In this document: in pieces, positions 18,864 through 28,122 of the stretch
How the letters are laid out: each line of letters starts with the position of its first letter
Position numbering within the stretch: the first letter of the stretch is position 1
Source: Christensenellaceae bacterium
GTDB lineage: Bacteria > Bacillota > Clostridia > Christensenellales > Borkfalkiaceae
Direction of reading: 5' to 3'
Assembly: GCA_034104345.1 (NCBI GenBank)
Contig: JAXEDY010000015.1
Span: 2,891-66,890 of the forward strand
Length of the DNA stretch: 64,000 bases
Translations under genes and position numbers: made by a program
Notes under the pieces: generated by a model
Database searches by the model: none
What the model saw: only the letters and a program-made list of their open reading frames with translations
Told to the model about the DNA's origin: nothing

Positions 18864-19864
18864 ATTTCAGTTCGCGCACGAAAGCCGAACTTTGCAAGAT
18901 AAATTACGAATCGGGTTGTTGCAAACTCGCCGCTCTTTCGGCGTTTATCCGAACGGCTGGCAGTATAATTTCGGAAAACGAAGTTTACGGCTTTTGCGTT
19001 ACCGCCCAGCCCGAATGCGTAGAATATTTTGCGCGGCTTATAAAAGAACTTTTTTCCGAAAACGTAGAGTTTAACTATTCGTCGAAAAGCGCCGAAAAAT
19101 CTGCTAATACGTCGGATAAAAAAGCTGCTTTTATCGGCAAAAAAGGCAAAGAGAAAAAAATTCCGGTCGGGTTTTCGCTTATAAGCGGCAAATCGACGGA
19201 TATTTTAATAGAACTCGGCATTTTTAAAATTTTAAACGGCGAACTTGTTATTTCGCTTGAGCCCGAAAGTTATCTTACCGAAAACGATTGCTGTAAAAAA
19301 GCCTACGTCGCGGGTGCGTTTATGGGAAGCGGAAGCGTTACCGTGCCAAACGCCGACGGTGAACGCGCTTCGTCGACCGGCTATCACTTAGAATTTGTGT
19401 TTTCTAAATATTTAACGGCGGCGGCTTTTTCGGAACTTTTGTGTGAACAAGGATTTTTGCCCAAACTTATCGACCGCAAAGAAAATTACGTCGTATATTT
19501 TAAGCAAAACGAAGAAATCAAAGATATTTTAGCTTTTATGGGCGCGCAAAAATCGGTTATCGCGCTTGCGGATTTGGTTGTTTTGCGCAACGTTAAAAAC
19601 AACATAAACCGCACAAACAACTGCGAATATCACAATATTTCGCGCCAGATCGACGCAAGTTTGAAAACGTGCGCCGCCATAAAAACGATCGAAACCACCG
19701 TAGGGCTCGACGTTCTTCCCGAAGAACTTAAAGAAACCGCTATCGCAAGGGCGCAAAAAAGCGATTTAACCCTTAACGAACTTGCCGAATCTTTGGGCGT
19801 TTCGAAAAGTTGTTTGAATCACCGTCTGCGTAAAATCAACAAAATCGCCGAAAGTTTAAAATAA
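18860..19864 (+). CDS. whiA: DNA-binding protein WhiA
   Basis: N-terminal FSSRTKAELCK...CCKLAALSAFIR, a degenerate LAGLIDADG-like middle region and a C-terminal HTH (LTLNELAESLGVSKSCLNHRLRKI). Confidence 0.9.
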   Translation: MNFSSRTKAELCKINYESGCCKLAALSAFIRTAGSIISENEVYGFCVTAQPECVEYFARLIKELFSENVEFNYSSKSAEKSANTSDKKAAFIGKKGKEKKIPVGFSLISGKSTDILIELGIFKILNGELVISLEPESYLTENDCCKKAYVAGAFMGSGSVTVPNADGERASSTGYHLEFVFSKYLTAAAFSELLCEQGFLPKLIDRKENYVVYFKQNEEIKDILAFMGAQKSVIALADLVVLRNVKNNINRTNNCEYHNISRQIDASLKTCAAIKTIETTVGLDVLPEELKETAIARAQKSDLTLNELAESLGVSKSCLNHRLRKINKIAESLK

Positions 19865-19988
19865 CTTAAAATAACGGGCAGGGCTTTTTTACGCCGAAAA
19901 ACGTTTTATAGGTTTTTCGGTCGGTATATAATATACGTAAACCGATATATAATTTTTTATAATATCATATATAAAAAAATATAAATTA

Positions 19989-20026
19989 AAAAGACTTATC
20001 GTTTTTACCGCGATAAGCCTTTTTCT
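19989..20026. terminator. Bidirectional terminator between convergent genes
   Basis: Stem GACTTATCG / CGATAAGCC flanked by A- and T-runs. Confidence 0.65.
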
Positions 20027-20060
20027 TTTTCGTTTTTAAATTGATTTTTAATTCTGCTTT

Positions 20061-21098
20061 TTACATTCCGATATATAAAAGCATAAGTTCGATGGTGTTT
20101 TTAATGCCGTCGAAGTGTGTGCGTTCCATTCCGTGCGAAGCGTGAACGCCCGTTCCGATAAGCGCGGCGGGAACGTCGTAGCCTGCCTGCCACATGGCGT
20201 CGGCGTCCGAACCGTAGTGGGGGTAAACGTCTACGGCATAGTTTAATTTATTTTGTTTGGCAAGGCTAATAAGTTCGCCCGTAAAGTCGTAGTCGTAAGG
20301 TCCGTGCGAATCTTTCGCGCAGATGCTTACCATGTGTTCGTCGCAAGCAAGGTCTTTGCCAATGCAACCCATATCCACGCACAAAAGTTTTTCAACGTCT
20401 TCGGGAACCCAACTTGCGCCGTGACCTACTTCTTCGTAAATAGTAACCATAAATTTAAGGGTAAATTCGGGAACGAAGTCGTTGTCTTTCATAATTTTAA
20501 TCGCGGTTAAAAACGCCGCTACGCTCGCCTTGTCGTCGATAAAACGAGACTTCAAAAATCCGCTTTCGGATATTTCGGTTTTGGTGTCGAGCGCGACGTA
20601 ATCGCCGTGTTCGATGCCCAATTTCTTAAAATCTTCGGGCGATTTTACGTTTTCGTCGAGTCTGATATACATATTGTCTTCGGTGTGGTTAAGCCCGTCG
20701 CAGTCTTCGTAAACGTGCACCGACGGTTTAACCGACAAAAACGTTCCGCGGTATTTTTTTCCGCCGCGGGTGATGACCGTGCAATATTCGCCGTCGAACG
20801 TCGAAAGTATGGGACCTCCTATTTTCGAAAAGCGTATTTTATCGCCTTCGAACGAGCGGACCATTGCGCCCAGAGTGTCGGCGTGTGCCGAAAACCCCAA
20901 CGTTCTGCCGTTTTTGCCTTTGTATGTTAAAATAAAACAGCCCTTGCGCGTGCGTTCGAAAATCACGCCCAATTCGTCGGCATATTTTTTTAAAACTTCG
21001 GCAACTTCGGCGTGGTATCCGCTGGGCGAAGGCGCCGCGAAAATCTGTTTTGCCGCGTTGAAATAATACTCTTTATAATCGTTTACTTTTACGTTCAT
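20061..21098 (-). CDS. M42-family metallo-aminopeptidase
   Basis: Contains SPSGYH, the SAHADTLG metal ligand, IDDKASVAA, YEEVGHGAS and GVHASHGMERTH. Confidence 0.85.
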   Translation of the reverse strand: MNVKVNDYKEYYFNAAKQIFAAPSPSGYHAEVAEVLKKYADELGVIFERTRKGCFILTYKGKNGRTLGFSAHADTLGAMVRSFEGDKIRFSKIGGPILSTFDGEYCTVITRGGKKYRGTFLSVKPSVHVYEDCDGLNHTEDNMYIRLDENVKSPEDFKKLGIEHGDYVALDTKTEISESGFLKSRFIDDKASVAAFLTAIKIMKDNDFVPEFTLKFMVTIYEEVGHGASWVPEDVEKLLCVDMGCIGKDLACDEHMVSICAKDSHGPYDYDFTGELISLAKQNKLNYAVDVYPHYGSDADAMWQAGYDVPAALIGTGVHASHGMERTHFDGIKNTIELMLLYIGM

Positions 21099-21380
21099 CG
21101 TTTTGTTTCCTTAAAAATTTTCGCTTTGTTTTTATTGATTTCATTATATATCTTAAACGAAATTTTGTCAAATATTTTACGCGTGCGCTTTTGCTCCCGT
21201 CCGGCGGTAAATTTTTTTATTTTTTTCGGGCTACAACTTTTATTTTCGGCATAAAAACACTTTACATGATTTTATAACTTGTGGTAAAATATATCGGCAA
21301 ATTAAAGATAAGATATAATTATTTTTTAAGATATATTTTTTAATTCAACTTAAAGTATCGAACTAAAAAGGTGTTTTTGC

Positions 21381-23561
21381 ATGAACTCGATTGAAAAATT
21401 AAAGGCGATTAAAAAACAGAAAGGGATGACCTTAAAAGAAATATCCGACCGTTCGGGCGTGTCGCAGGGCACGGTAAACAAATTGTTTTCGGGCGGAATA
21501 AAAAGCATAAAAACCGAAACGCTTCAAAAAATAGTCGCGGCGCTCGGTGCCGACGTTTCGAGCGTTTTAAAGCCCGTCGCCGTTCTTCCGTGCGACTTAG
21601 ACGAAAACGGCGAAGCCGGCGCAAAAAACTATAACTCGGCGCAAAGTTACGGGTTTTGCCGCATAGCGGGATTTTCTGGCAGAATTAAAGTTGCCGACGT
21701 TGAAACCAACGTAAACAATATTATAGAAGATATTGCCGAAGCCGACGAGCGCGGAGCTACCGTCGCCGCTTTTGCGGAACTATCGATAACCGCTTATACG
21801 GTAGGCGACCTCGTTTTGCAGGAAACGCTTTTAAACGGCGCGCTTTGGGGGCTTAAAAAAATTGCCAAAAGCACGTTAAATCGCAAAATTATCGCGTTCG
21901 TCGGTTTGCCGCTTCGGGTAGACGGCAAGGTTTATAACTGCGCGGCGGCGGTTTCTGCCGGCGAAGTTTTAGGCGTCGTTCCCAAAATCAATTTGCCTAA
22001 CTATAACGAATTTTATGAAAAACGCACCTTTTGCGAAGGCGTGCGCGAAGTAAAATATATCGACCTTTTCGACAAGAAAGTTCCGTTCGGCGCGAATATA
22101 ATATTTAAAAACGAAAAAATGCCCGAACAAAAAATTGCGGTCGAAATCTGCGAGGATATCTGGGTGCCCGATTCTCCGTCGGTTTCGCATTGTATGGCGG
22201 GCGCAAACGTTATAATAAATCTGTCGGCAAGCAACGAAAGCGCGGGGAAAGCCGATTATCGCAAGGCTATGGTTTCGATGGCTTCTTCGAAACAACTTTG
22301 CGCTTACGTTTACGTTTCGTGCGGATACGGCGAATCGACGGGCGACGTTGTTTTCGGCGGACATAACATAGTTTACGAAGCGGGCAGACTGCTTGCCGAA
22401 AGCAAACCGTTTTGCGAAGGCAAAGTTTACGCCGACGCCGACTGCGGATTTTTAGAGTTCGAGCGCAGTAGAAAATTCCACACTTCCGCCAAGCCCGACG
22501 AGCATTTAATCGTTGGTTTTAACGCCGAAAAGAGTTTTGATTTAGAGCGAAAATATTCGAAAACGCCCTTCGTTCCCGAAGACGAAACCCGCCTTTTATC
22601 GCGCGTTGACGAAGTGTTTGCCATTCAGGTTGCGGGGCTTATGAAAAGGGTAGAGCACGTTCACGCGAAAACTCTGGTGCTCGGCGTTTCGGGCGGACTC
22701 GACAGTACGCTTGCTCTTTTGGTCTGCGTAGAAGCGCTTAAAAAATTAAACCGCCCCGCGTCCGATCTTATCGCGGTTACGATGCCGTGTTTTGGAACGA
22801 GCAGCCGTACCAAAAACAACGCCGTCGCTTTGTCGGAAGAACTGGGTTGTTCGCTTAAAGAAATAAATATAAAAAACAGCGTGTTAAGCCATTTTAAAGA
22901 TATAGGGCAAGATCCCGCCGTTACCGACGTAACTTACGAAAACGCGCAGGCGCGCGAACGAACGCAGGTGCTTATGGATTTAGCCAATAAAACGGGCGGG
23001 CTTGTAGTGGGAACGGGCGACATATCCGAACTCGCGCTCGGCTGGTGCACTTACGGCGGCGATCATATATCGATGTACGGCGTAAACGCGGGCGTTCCGA
23101 AAACGCTTATAAAACAAATGGTAATTCTGCTCGGCGCAAACTATTCGAAAGCGGTTGCCGAAATCTTGCGCGACGTTGCCGAAACACCCATAAGCCCCGA
23201 ACTTACGCCTGCTAAAAACGGCGTTATCGCGCAGGTCACCGAAGACATAGTAGGACCTTACGTTCTGCACGATTTCTTCTTGTATTATTCGATAAAACAC
23301 GGATTTTGCCCGTCGAAAGTGTATTATATCGCAAAGCGGACTTTTGCCGGCGAATATGCCCCCGAAACTTTGCAAAAATGGCTTTATAATTTTATAAACA
23401 GATTTTTCGCGCAGCAATTCAAACGTTCTTGTTTGCCCGAAGGTCCTAAAACGGGCGCGCTTTGTTTAAGCCCGCGAGGCGACTGGCGTATGCCGTCGGA
23501 CGCGGTTAAAAACTTGTGGATAAAAGACCTTGACAAAGCGGTGGCGGCTGAAAAAATTTGA
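21381..23561 (+). CDS. nadE: Glutamine-dependent NAD+ synthetase with N-terminal XRE-type HTH domain
   Basis: Residues 1-65 form a Cro/C1 HTH (MTLKEISDRSGVSQGTVNKLFSG). A CN-hydrolase domain follows (FAELSITAYT, EICEDIW), then a NAD-synthase domain (GVSGGLDSTLAL). It is one uninterrupted frame. Confidence 0.9.
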   Translation: MNSIEKLKAIKKQKGMTLKEISDRSGVSQGTVNKLFSGGIKSIKTETLQKIVAALGADVSSVLKPVAVLPCDLDENGEAGAKNYNSAQSYGFCRIAGFSGRIKVADVETNVNNIIEDIAEADERGATVAAFAELSITAYTVGDLVLQETLLNGALWGLKKIAKSTLNRKIIAFVGLPLRVDGKVYNCAAAVSAGEVLGVVPKINLPNYNEFYEKRTFCEGVREVKYIDLFDKKVPFGANIIFKNEKMPEQKIAVEICEDIWVPDSPSVSHCMAGANVIINLSASNESAGKADYRKAMVSMASSKQLCAYVYVSCGYGESTGDVVFGGHNIVYEAGRLLAESKPFCEGKVYADADCGFLEFERSRKFHTSAKPDEHLIVGFNAEKSFDLERKYSKTPFVPEDETRLLSRVDEVFAIQVAGLMKRVEHVHAKTLVLGVSGGLDSTLALLVCVEALKKLNRPASDLIAVTMPCFGTSSRTKNNAVALSEELGCSLKEINIKNSVLSHFKDIGQDPAVTDVTYENAQARERTQVLMDLANKTGGLVVGTGDISELALGWCTYGGDHISMYGVNAGVPKTLIKQMVILLGANYSKAVAEILRDVAETPISPELTPAKNGVIAQVTEDIVGPYVLHDFFLYYSIKHGFCPSKVYYIAKRTFAGEYAPETLQKWLYNFINRFFAQQFKRSCLPEGPKTGALCLSPRGDWRMPSDAVKNLWIKDLDKAVAAEKI

Positions 23562-23615
23562 GGCGAAGCGTAATAAAAAATCGTAAAAACACGTAAAACG
23601 CAATAAAAAAGTAAT

Positions 23616-23650
23616 AAAAAGCCGCCGCTTTAAAGGGCGACGGCTTTAAG
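23616..23650. terminator. Bidirectional terminator
   Basis: AAAAAGCCGCCGCTTTAAAGGGCGACGGCTTTAAG, an imperfect 8-bp stem between convergent genes. Confidence 0.5.
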
Positions 23651-23710
23651 TTGTTCGATTCGTTTTTAAATATGCGGTTTTTTTCGTGATTTTTTCGCGC
23701 TAAATTTATC

Positions 23711-24415
23711 TTATTTTTGCGGATCTTTAACGGACGCGTTTTTTGAAGCGCGGCGGACCGAAATAAAAGCGTTTTCGCATTCGTCGCGGGTAGAAAATTC
23801 GTTGCTTACGCACAAAAGGCGGTTGGCGGTTGAAAATATTTTAAAATAAAACTTTCCGCCGCGGCTTACGTTTACGGCGTAATTTTCGCATTCTACGTTG
23901 TTTTTTAAGGTGTCGACTCCGCTTTTTACGCCCGAAAGCGACGTATAATCGTCGCTTTTTAAAAGAATTTTTCCGCCGACAGATACAAGTTTTGCGCTGA
24001 AAACCCCGTTTTCTTCTTCAATCTGCCAAGTTCCCGTCTCGCCTGAGTCGTCGCTCGTTTGCGCTTTTTGTGCGGCGGCATTTTCCGCGTTTAATTCTTC
24101 GCTCGTTTCATAAGTTGCCGTTTCTTTTTTTACGGTTTCGGGTTTAACTTCTTTAACCGAATTTTCTGCGGCGAAATTTAAGTCGCTCTCGGTTTTTTGT
24201 GCATTTTCGGGGCTTTTCAAATGGGCGGCGTTTTCAATCTGCGTTTTGTTCGTTGCGCTTTTTTCGGCAATTTCCGTTTTTTCGCCGCGCTTTTTGTTTA
24301 CGACCGCGCGGAAAACGAAAATAAGAATTATCGCGGCGATAATAACCGCAGCCGAAACGTATAAAACCGTTGCGTAACGGGGAAAGTTTTTTAAATATTC
24401 AGATATTTTTTCCAT
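23711..24415 (-). CDS. Membrane-anchored protein with two YegP/DUF1508-like repeats
   Basis: N-terminal TM helix, a low-complexity linker, then FSAKLVSVGGKILLKSDDYTSLSGVKSGVDTLKNN and YFKIFSTANRLLCVSNEFSTRDECENAFISV, which resemble DUF1508 repeats. Confidence 0.55.
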   Translation of the reverse strand: MEKISEYLKNFPRYATVLYVSAAVIIAAIILIFVFRAVVNKKRGEKTEIAEKSATNKTQIENAAHLKSPENAQKTESDLNFAAENSVKEVKPETVKKETATYETSEELNAENAAAQKAQTSDDSGETGTWQIEEENGVFSAKLVSVGGKILLKSDDYTSLSGVKSGVDTLKNNVECENYAVNVSRGGKFYFKIFSTANRLLCVSNEFSTRDECENAFISVRRASKNASVKDPQK

Positions 24416-24571
24416 AAAAATTCCAAAAATAAAAATCGTGGCTTATAAGCCGTTAAAAATACTATCGACATTTTAATACATTTTAAAAATTTAGTCAAGT
24501 TTTTGACAAAGAGTAAGGGGCAAAGTTGTAAAAATAAGCAAAGTTGCCGAAAAAAATAAGGAGCGTTTTCG

Positions 24572-25798
24572 ATGAAAATTTATTCGCTTGCAATAATAGG
24601 CGGCGGTTTTTCGGGGCTGTGCCTGTGCAATCTGCTTTTAAAAAGCGGAAAAATTTCGCCTGCAGACATGGTTTTGCTCGAAGGGGGCAAAAGGGTGGGC
24701 AAAAAAATACTCGCAACCGGCAACGGCAGGGGAAATATTACCAACGCCGTGATTTCGCCCGATTTTTACCACGGAAACAAAGAATTTGCGGCGGCGGCTT
24801 TAAAAAAATATTCGAACGTCGAACTTTTAAACTTTTTTTATTCGCTCGGGCTTATAACGTGCGAAGAAAACGGGCGCGTTTATCCCGCTTCGCTTTCGGC
24901 GGGTGCCGTTTGTGACGTTTTAAGGCTTCCGCTCGAAGAAAATAACGTGAACGTTTTAACTGAGTTTTATGTAAACGATTTGTCGTTCGATAGTAAAAAC
25001 GATTGTTTTATAATAAAATCGCAAAACGGCGGGCAGATTTTTGCAAAAAAAGCAGTGCTTGCAACGGGCGGCGCGAGCGGCGCGGGATTTTTAACCGACG
25101 GGAAAAGTTACGCCCTGGCAAAAAGTTTCGGGCATAAAATTACCGATCTTTGGCCCTCTCTCGTGCAGATAAAAACCGAGCGCGAAATTTTAAAGGGGCT
25201 TAAAGGCTTAAAGCAAGAAGTAAATTTAAGTTTGTTCGGCTCGTTGAAAAAGGGCGAAGCGCCGCGATTTATAAAAAGTTTTTCGGGCGATTTGTTGTTT
25301 TGCGATTACGGCGTAAGCGGAAATTCGGTTTTTTCGCTTTCGGCTTATTTAAAGGGCGTTTTAAACCCGACTTTAAAAATAGAATTTTTGCCGAATTTTA
25401 CCGAAAGCGACTTAAACAAAAAACTTATTCCGCTTTGCAGGGGCGAAAACTTAATGCGCGTTTACGTTTCGGTTTTGCCAGCAAGACTTATGCAAACGCT
25501 TATAAAACGCGCGGGTTTTAACCCAACCGACATAGCGTCGGAGAAAAACGTAAGTGCCGTTAACAGGCTTATAAAGGCACTTATCGTAAAAATCGAAGGT
25601 GTTTTAAACTTCGAAAGCGCGCAGGTTACGGCGGGCGGAATAAACGTTATCGACGTGGGTTTCGATATGCAAAGCAAACTTAAAAAAGGGCTTTATATAA
25701 TAGGCGAAGCGCTCGACGTAGACGGCGATTGCGGCGGATATAATCTGCAATGGGCGTTTACGAGCGCGGCTGTATGCGCCGAAGAAATGTTTAAATAA
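24572..25798 (+). CDS. HI0933/YhiN-family (BaiN-like) flavoprotein
   Basis: IIGGGFSGL dinucleotide-binding motif and KILATGNGRGNITN signature. AAGGAG SD. Confidence 0.85.
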   Translation: MKIYSLAIIGGGFSGLCLCNLLLKSGKISPADMVLLEGGKRVGKKILATGNGRGNITNAVISPDFYHGNKEFAAAALKKYSNVELLNFFYSLGLITCEENGRVYPASLSAGAVCDVLRLPLEENNVNVLTEFYVNDLSFDSKNDCFIIKSQNGGQIFAKKAVLATGGASGAGFLTDGKSYALAKSFGHKITDLWPSLVQIKTEREILKGLKGLKQEVNLSLFGSLKKGEAPRFIKSFSGDLLFCDYGVSGNSVFSLSAYLKGVLNPTLKIEFLPNFTESDLNKKLIPLCRGENLMRVYVSVLPARLMQTLIKRAGFNPTDIASEKNVSAVNRLIKALIVKIEGVLNFESAQVTAGGINVIDVGFDMQSKLKKGLYIIGEALDVDGDCGGYNLQWAFTSAAVCAEEMFK

Positions 25799-25809
25799 GA
25801 AAATAAAAA

Positions 25810-27342
25810 ATGCAAAAAATCAACGGAATAAAACTTAAAATAGGCGAAAGCGAGCAGATTTTAAAAAGCAGATGTGCGAAAATAGCCGGCGTTAAAGAAA
25901 GCGACGTTAAGCACTTTAGAATTTTAAAAAAGTCGCTCGACGCGCGCGACAAAGGCAACGTTTTTTACACCTATAACGCCGAAATATCCATTTTCGACGA
26001 ACCAAAGCAAAAACCTGTTTTGCCGAAAGCAAGCGGAACGGTAGCTGTTATAGGCGCCGGACCATGCGGGCTTTTTTGCGCGCTTTATCTTGCTCGTTGC
26101 GGCATAAAACCCATTGTTTTCGAGCGAGGCGAAAGCGTTGAAAACCGCAAAAAAACCTGCGAAAACTTTATAAAAACGGCAAAACTCAACGTAAACAGCA
26201 ACGTTCAGTTCGGTGAAGGCGGCGCGGGCGCTTTTTCAGACGGCAAGCTTAACACGCAAGTAAACAACGAGCGCGTTTCTATGGCTATACGCGATTTTGC
26301 GTTTTTCGGCGCGCCGAGCGAAATCACGTATCTTTCAAAACCGCATATCGGAAGCGACAAACTTCCCGAAGTGGTAAAAAACATTCGCAACGAAATTATA
26401 AAACTCGGCGGAGAAGTGAAATTCAACGCCAAAGTTACCGATTTTGAGTTTAAAAACGGCGTTTTAGGCGGGATTTTTTACGAGCAAAACGGAAAAAACG
26501 AGTTTTTTAAGTGCGAAAACTGCGTTATCGCGGCGGGACACAGCGCGCGCGACCTGTTCGAAACTCTTTATAAAAACGGCGTGCCTATGGAGCAAAAACC
26601 GTTCGCCGTAGGTTTTCGGATAGAGCATCTGCAAAGCGAAATAAGCTTTGCGCAATACGGAAAAGAATATAAAAGGCTGCCCGCCGCCGACTATAAACTT
26701 ACTTCGCACGCGGGCGAACGCGACGTGTTTACCTTTTGCATGTGCCCGGGCGGCTACGTTATGCCCGCCTCAAGCGAAGAAGGCGGCGTCGTGACCAACG
26801 GAATGAGCGAATACGCGCGAAACGGCGAAAACGCAAACAGCGCGCTTGTATGTGCGGTAACTCCCGCCGATTTCGGCGGCAGCGATCCGCTTGCAGGCGT
26901 TCGTTTTCAGCGTGAACTCGAAATAAAAGCGTATTTTGCGGGCGGCGGAAATTATAGCGCGCCCGTGCAAAAACTCGGCGATTTTATGAACGATAAAGAA
27001 AGTTATAAATTCGGCGAAATAAAGCCCACGTATCCGCTTAAAACTCAATTTTATGATTTTTGTAAATTTTATAAAAAAGAGATGACAAATTCGTTCAAAA
27101 ACGCTATAATGGACATGGATAAAAGGCTTAAAGGCTTTTACAATCCCGAAGCTCTTTTAACGGGCGTTGAAAGCAGAACTTCGTCGCCGCTGAGAATTTT
27201 GCGCGACGAAAACGGAGAAAGCCCGATGTTTAAAGGGATTTTTCCTGCGGGCGAAGGCGCGGGATACGCGGGCGGAATAACGAGCGCCGCCGCCGACGGA
27301 ATAAAAATCGCGCTTATTTTGGCACAAAAAGCATCGGTTTAA
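25810..27342 (+). CDS. FAD-dependent protein (COG2509-type uncharacterised dehydrogenase)
   Basis: Contains VAVIGAGPCGLFCALYLA, FERG and C-terminal FPAGEGAGYAGGI. Confidence 0.8.
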   Translation: MQKINGIKLKIGESEQILKSRCAKIAGVKESDVKHFRILKKSLDARDKGNVFYTYNAEISIFDEPKQKPVLPKASGTVAVIGAGPCGLFCALYLARCGIKPIVFERGESVENRKKTCENFIKTAKLNVNSNVQFGEGGAGAFSDGKLNTQVNNERVSMAIRDFAFFGAPSEITYLSKPHIGSDKLPEVVKNIRNEIIKLGGEVKFNAKVTDFEFKNGVLGGIFYEQNGKNEFFKCENCVIAAGHSARDLFETLYKNGVPMEQKPFAVGFRIEHLQSEISFAQYGKEYKRLPAADYKLTSHAGERDVFTFCMCPGGYVMPASSEEGGVVTNGMSEYARNGENANSALVCAVTPADFGGSDPLAGVRFQRELEIKAYFAGGGNYSAPVQKLGDFMNDKESYKFGEIKPTYPLKTQFYDFCKFYKKEMTNSFKNAIMDMDKRLKGFYNPEALLTGVESRTSSPLRILRDENGESPMFKGIFPAGEGAGYAGGITSAAADGIKIALILAQKASV

Positions 27343-27408
27343 AAAAGTCTTGCTTTAGTTAAAAATTTGAAAAAATTTTTTTCAAAGGATTAAAAAGGAG
27401 CGCGAAAA

Positions 27409-28095
27409 ATGCAGATAAAATATTTGGGGCATTCCGCTTTTTTAATAAAAACCGAAGATTTTTCGGTATGTTTCGATCCGTTTTGCGATATAGGTTACGA
27501 TATTGAACCCGTAACGTGCGATTATTGCGTGTGTTCGCACGGGCATTTCGATCACGCGGCGTATCGGGCTGTAAAATATAAATATCTTATAACGGGCAAA
27601 AACAAAGTGGCAATCGACGAAAATAAAAATTGCGTCGCCGAAAAAACCGAAACGCTTGCAGATAAAAAAGGCGTTTTCAAACGCGTGCAAATTTACCACG
27701 ACGATAAATGCGGCGCGCTTCGCGGAGAAAATTACGCGACCGTGTTCGAATCAGGCGGCGTTGTTTTTTGTCATTTGGGCGACGCGGGCGAAAACTATGC
27801 CGACGATATAGCGCAAAAAATAGGAAAAATCGACGTTTTGTTTATTCCGGTAGGCGGAAGATACACTATCGACGCAAGGCAGGCGAAGCGTTACGTTTTG
27901 GGGCTTAACCCCGAAATAGTTATTCCTATGCACTATAAAACGCGAAAAAGCTCGTTGGATATAAGCGATAAAAACGAATTTTTAAAACTTTTTTGTGATA
28001 AAAGCATTAAAAACGTAACTTCGCCGTTTGAAATAAGCGTTAAAAATTTACCAAAAGAATTAACCGTTTTTAACGTAGACGACCGCGAGTTTTGA
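27409..28095 (+). CDS. MBL-fold metal-dependent hydrolase (UPF0173-like)
   Basis: Contains KYLGHSAFLI and HGHFDH. AAGGAG SD. Confidence 0.8.
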   Translation: MQIKYLGHSAFLIKTEDFSVCFDPFCDIGYDIEPVTCDYCVCSHGHFDHAAYRAVKYKYLITGKNKVAIDENKNCVAEKTETLADKKGVFKRVQIYHDDKCGALRGENYATVFESGGVVFCHLGDAGENYADDIAQKIGKIDVLFIPVGGRYTIDARQAKRYVLGLNPEIVIPMHYKTRKSSLDISDKNEFLKLFCDKSIKNVTSPFEISVKNLPKELTVFNVDDREF

Positions 28096-28122
28096 TAGCG
28101 CGTGCGCCCGTAAGAGGAAAAT

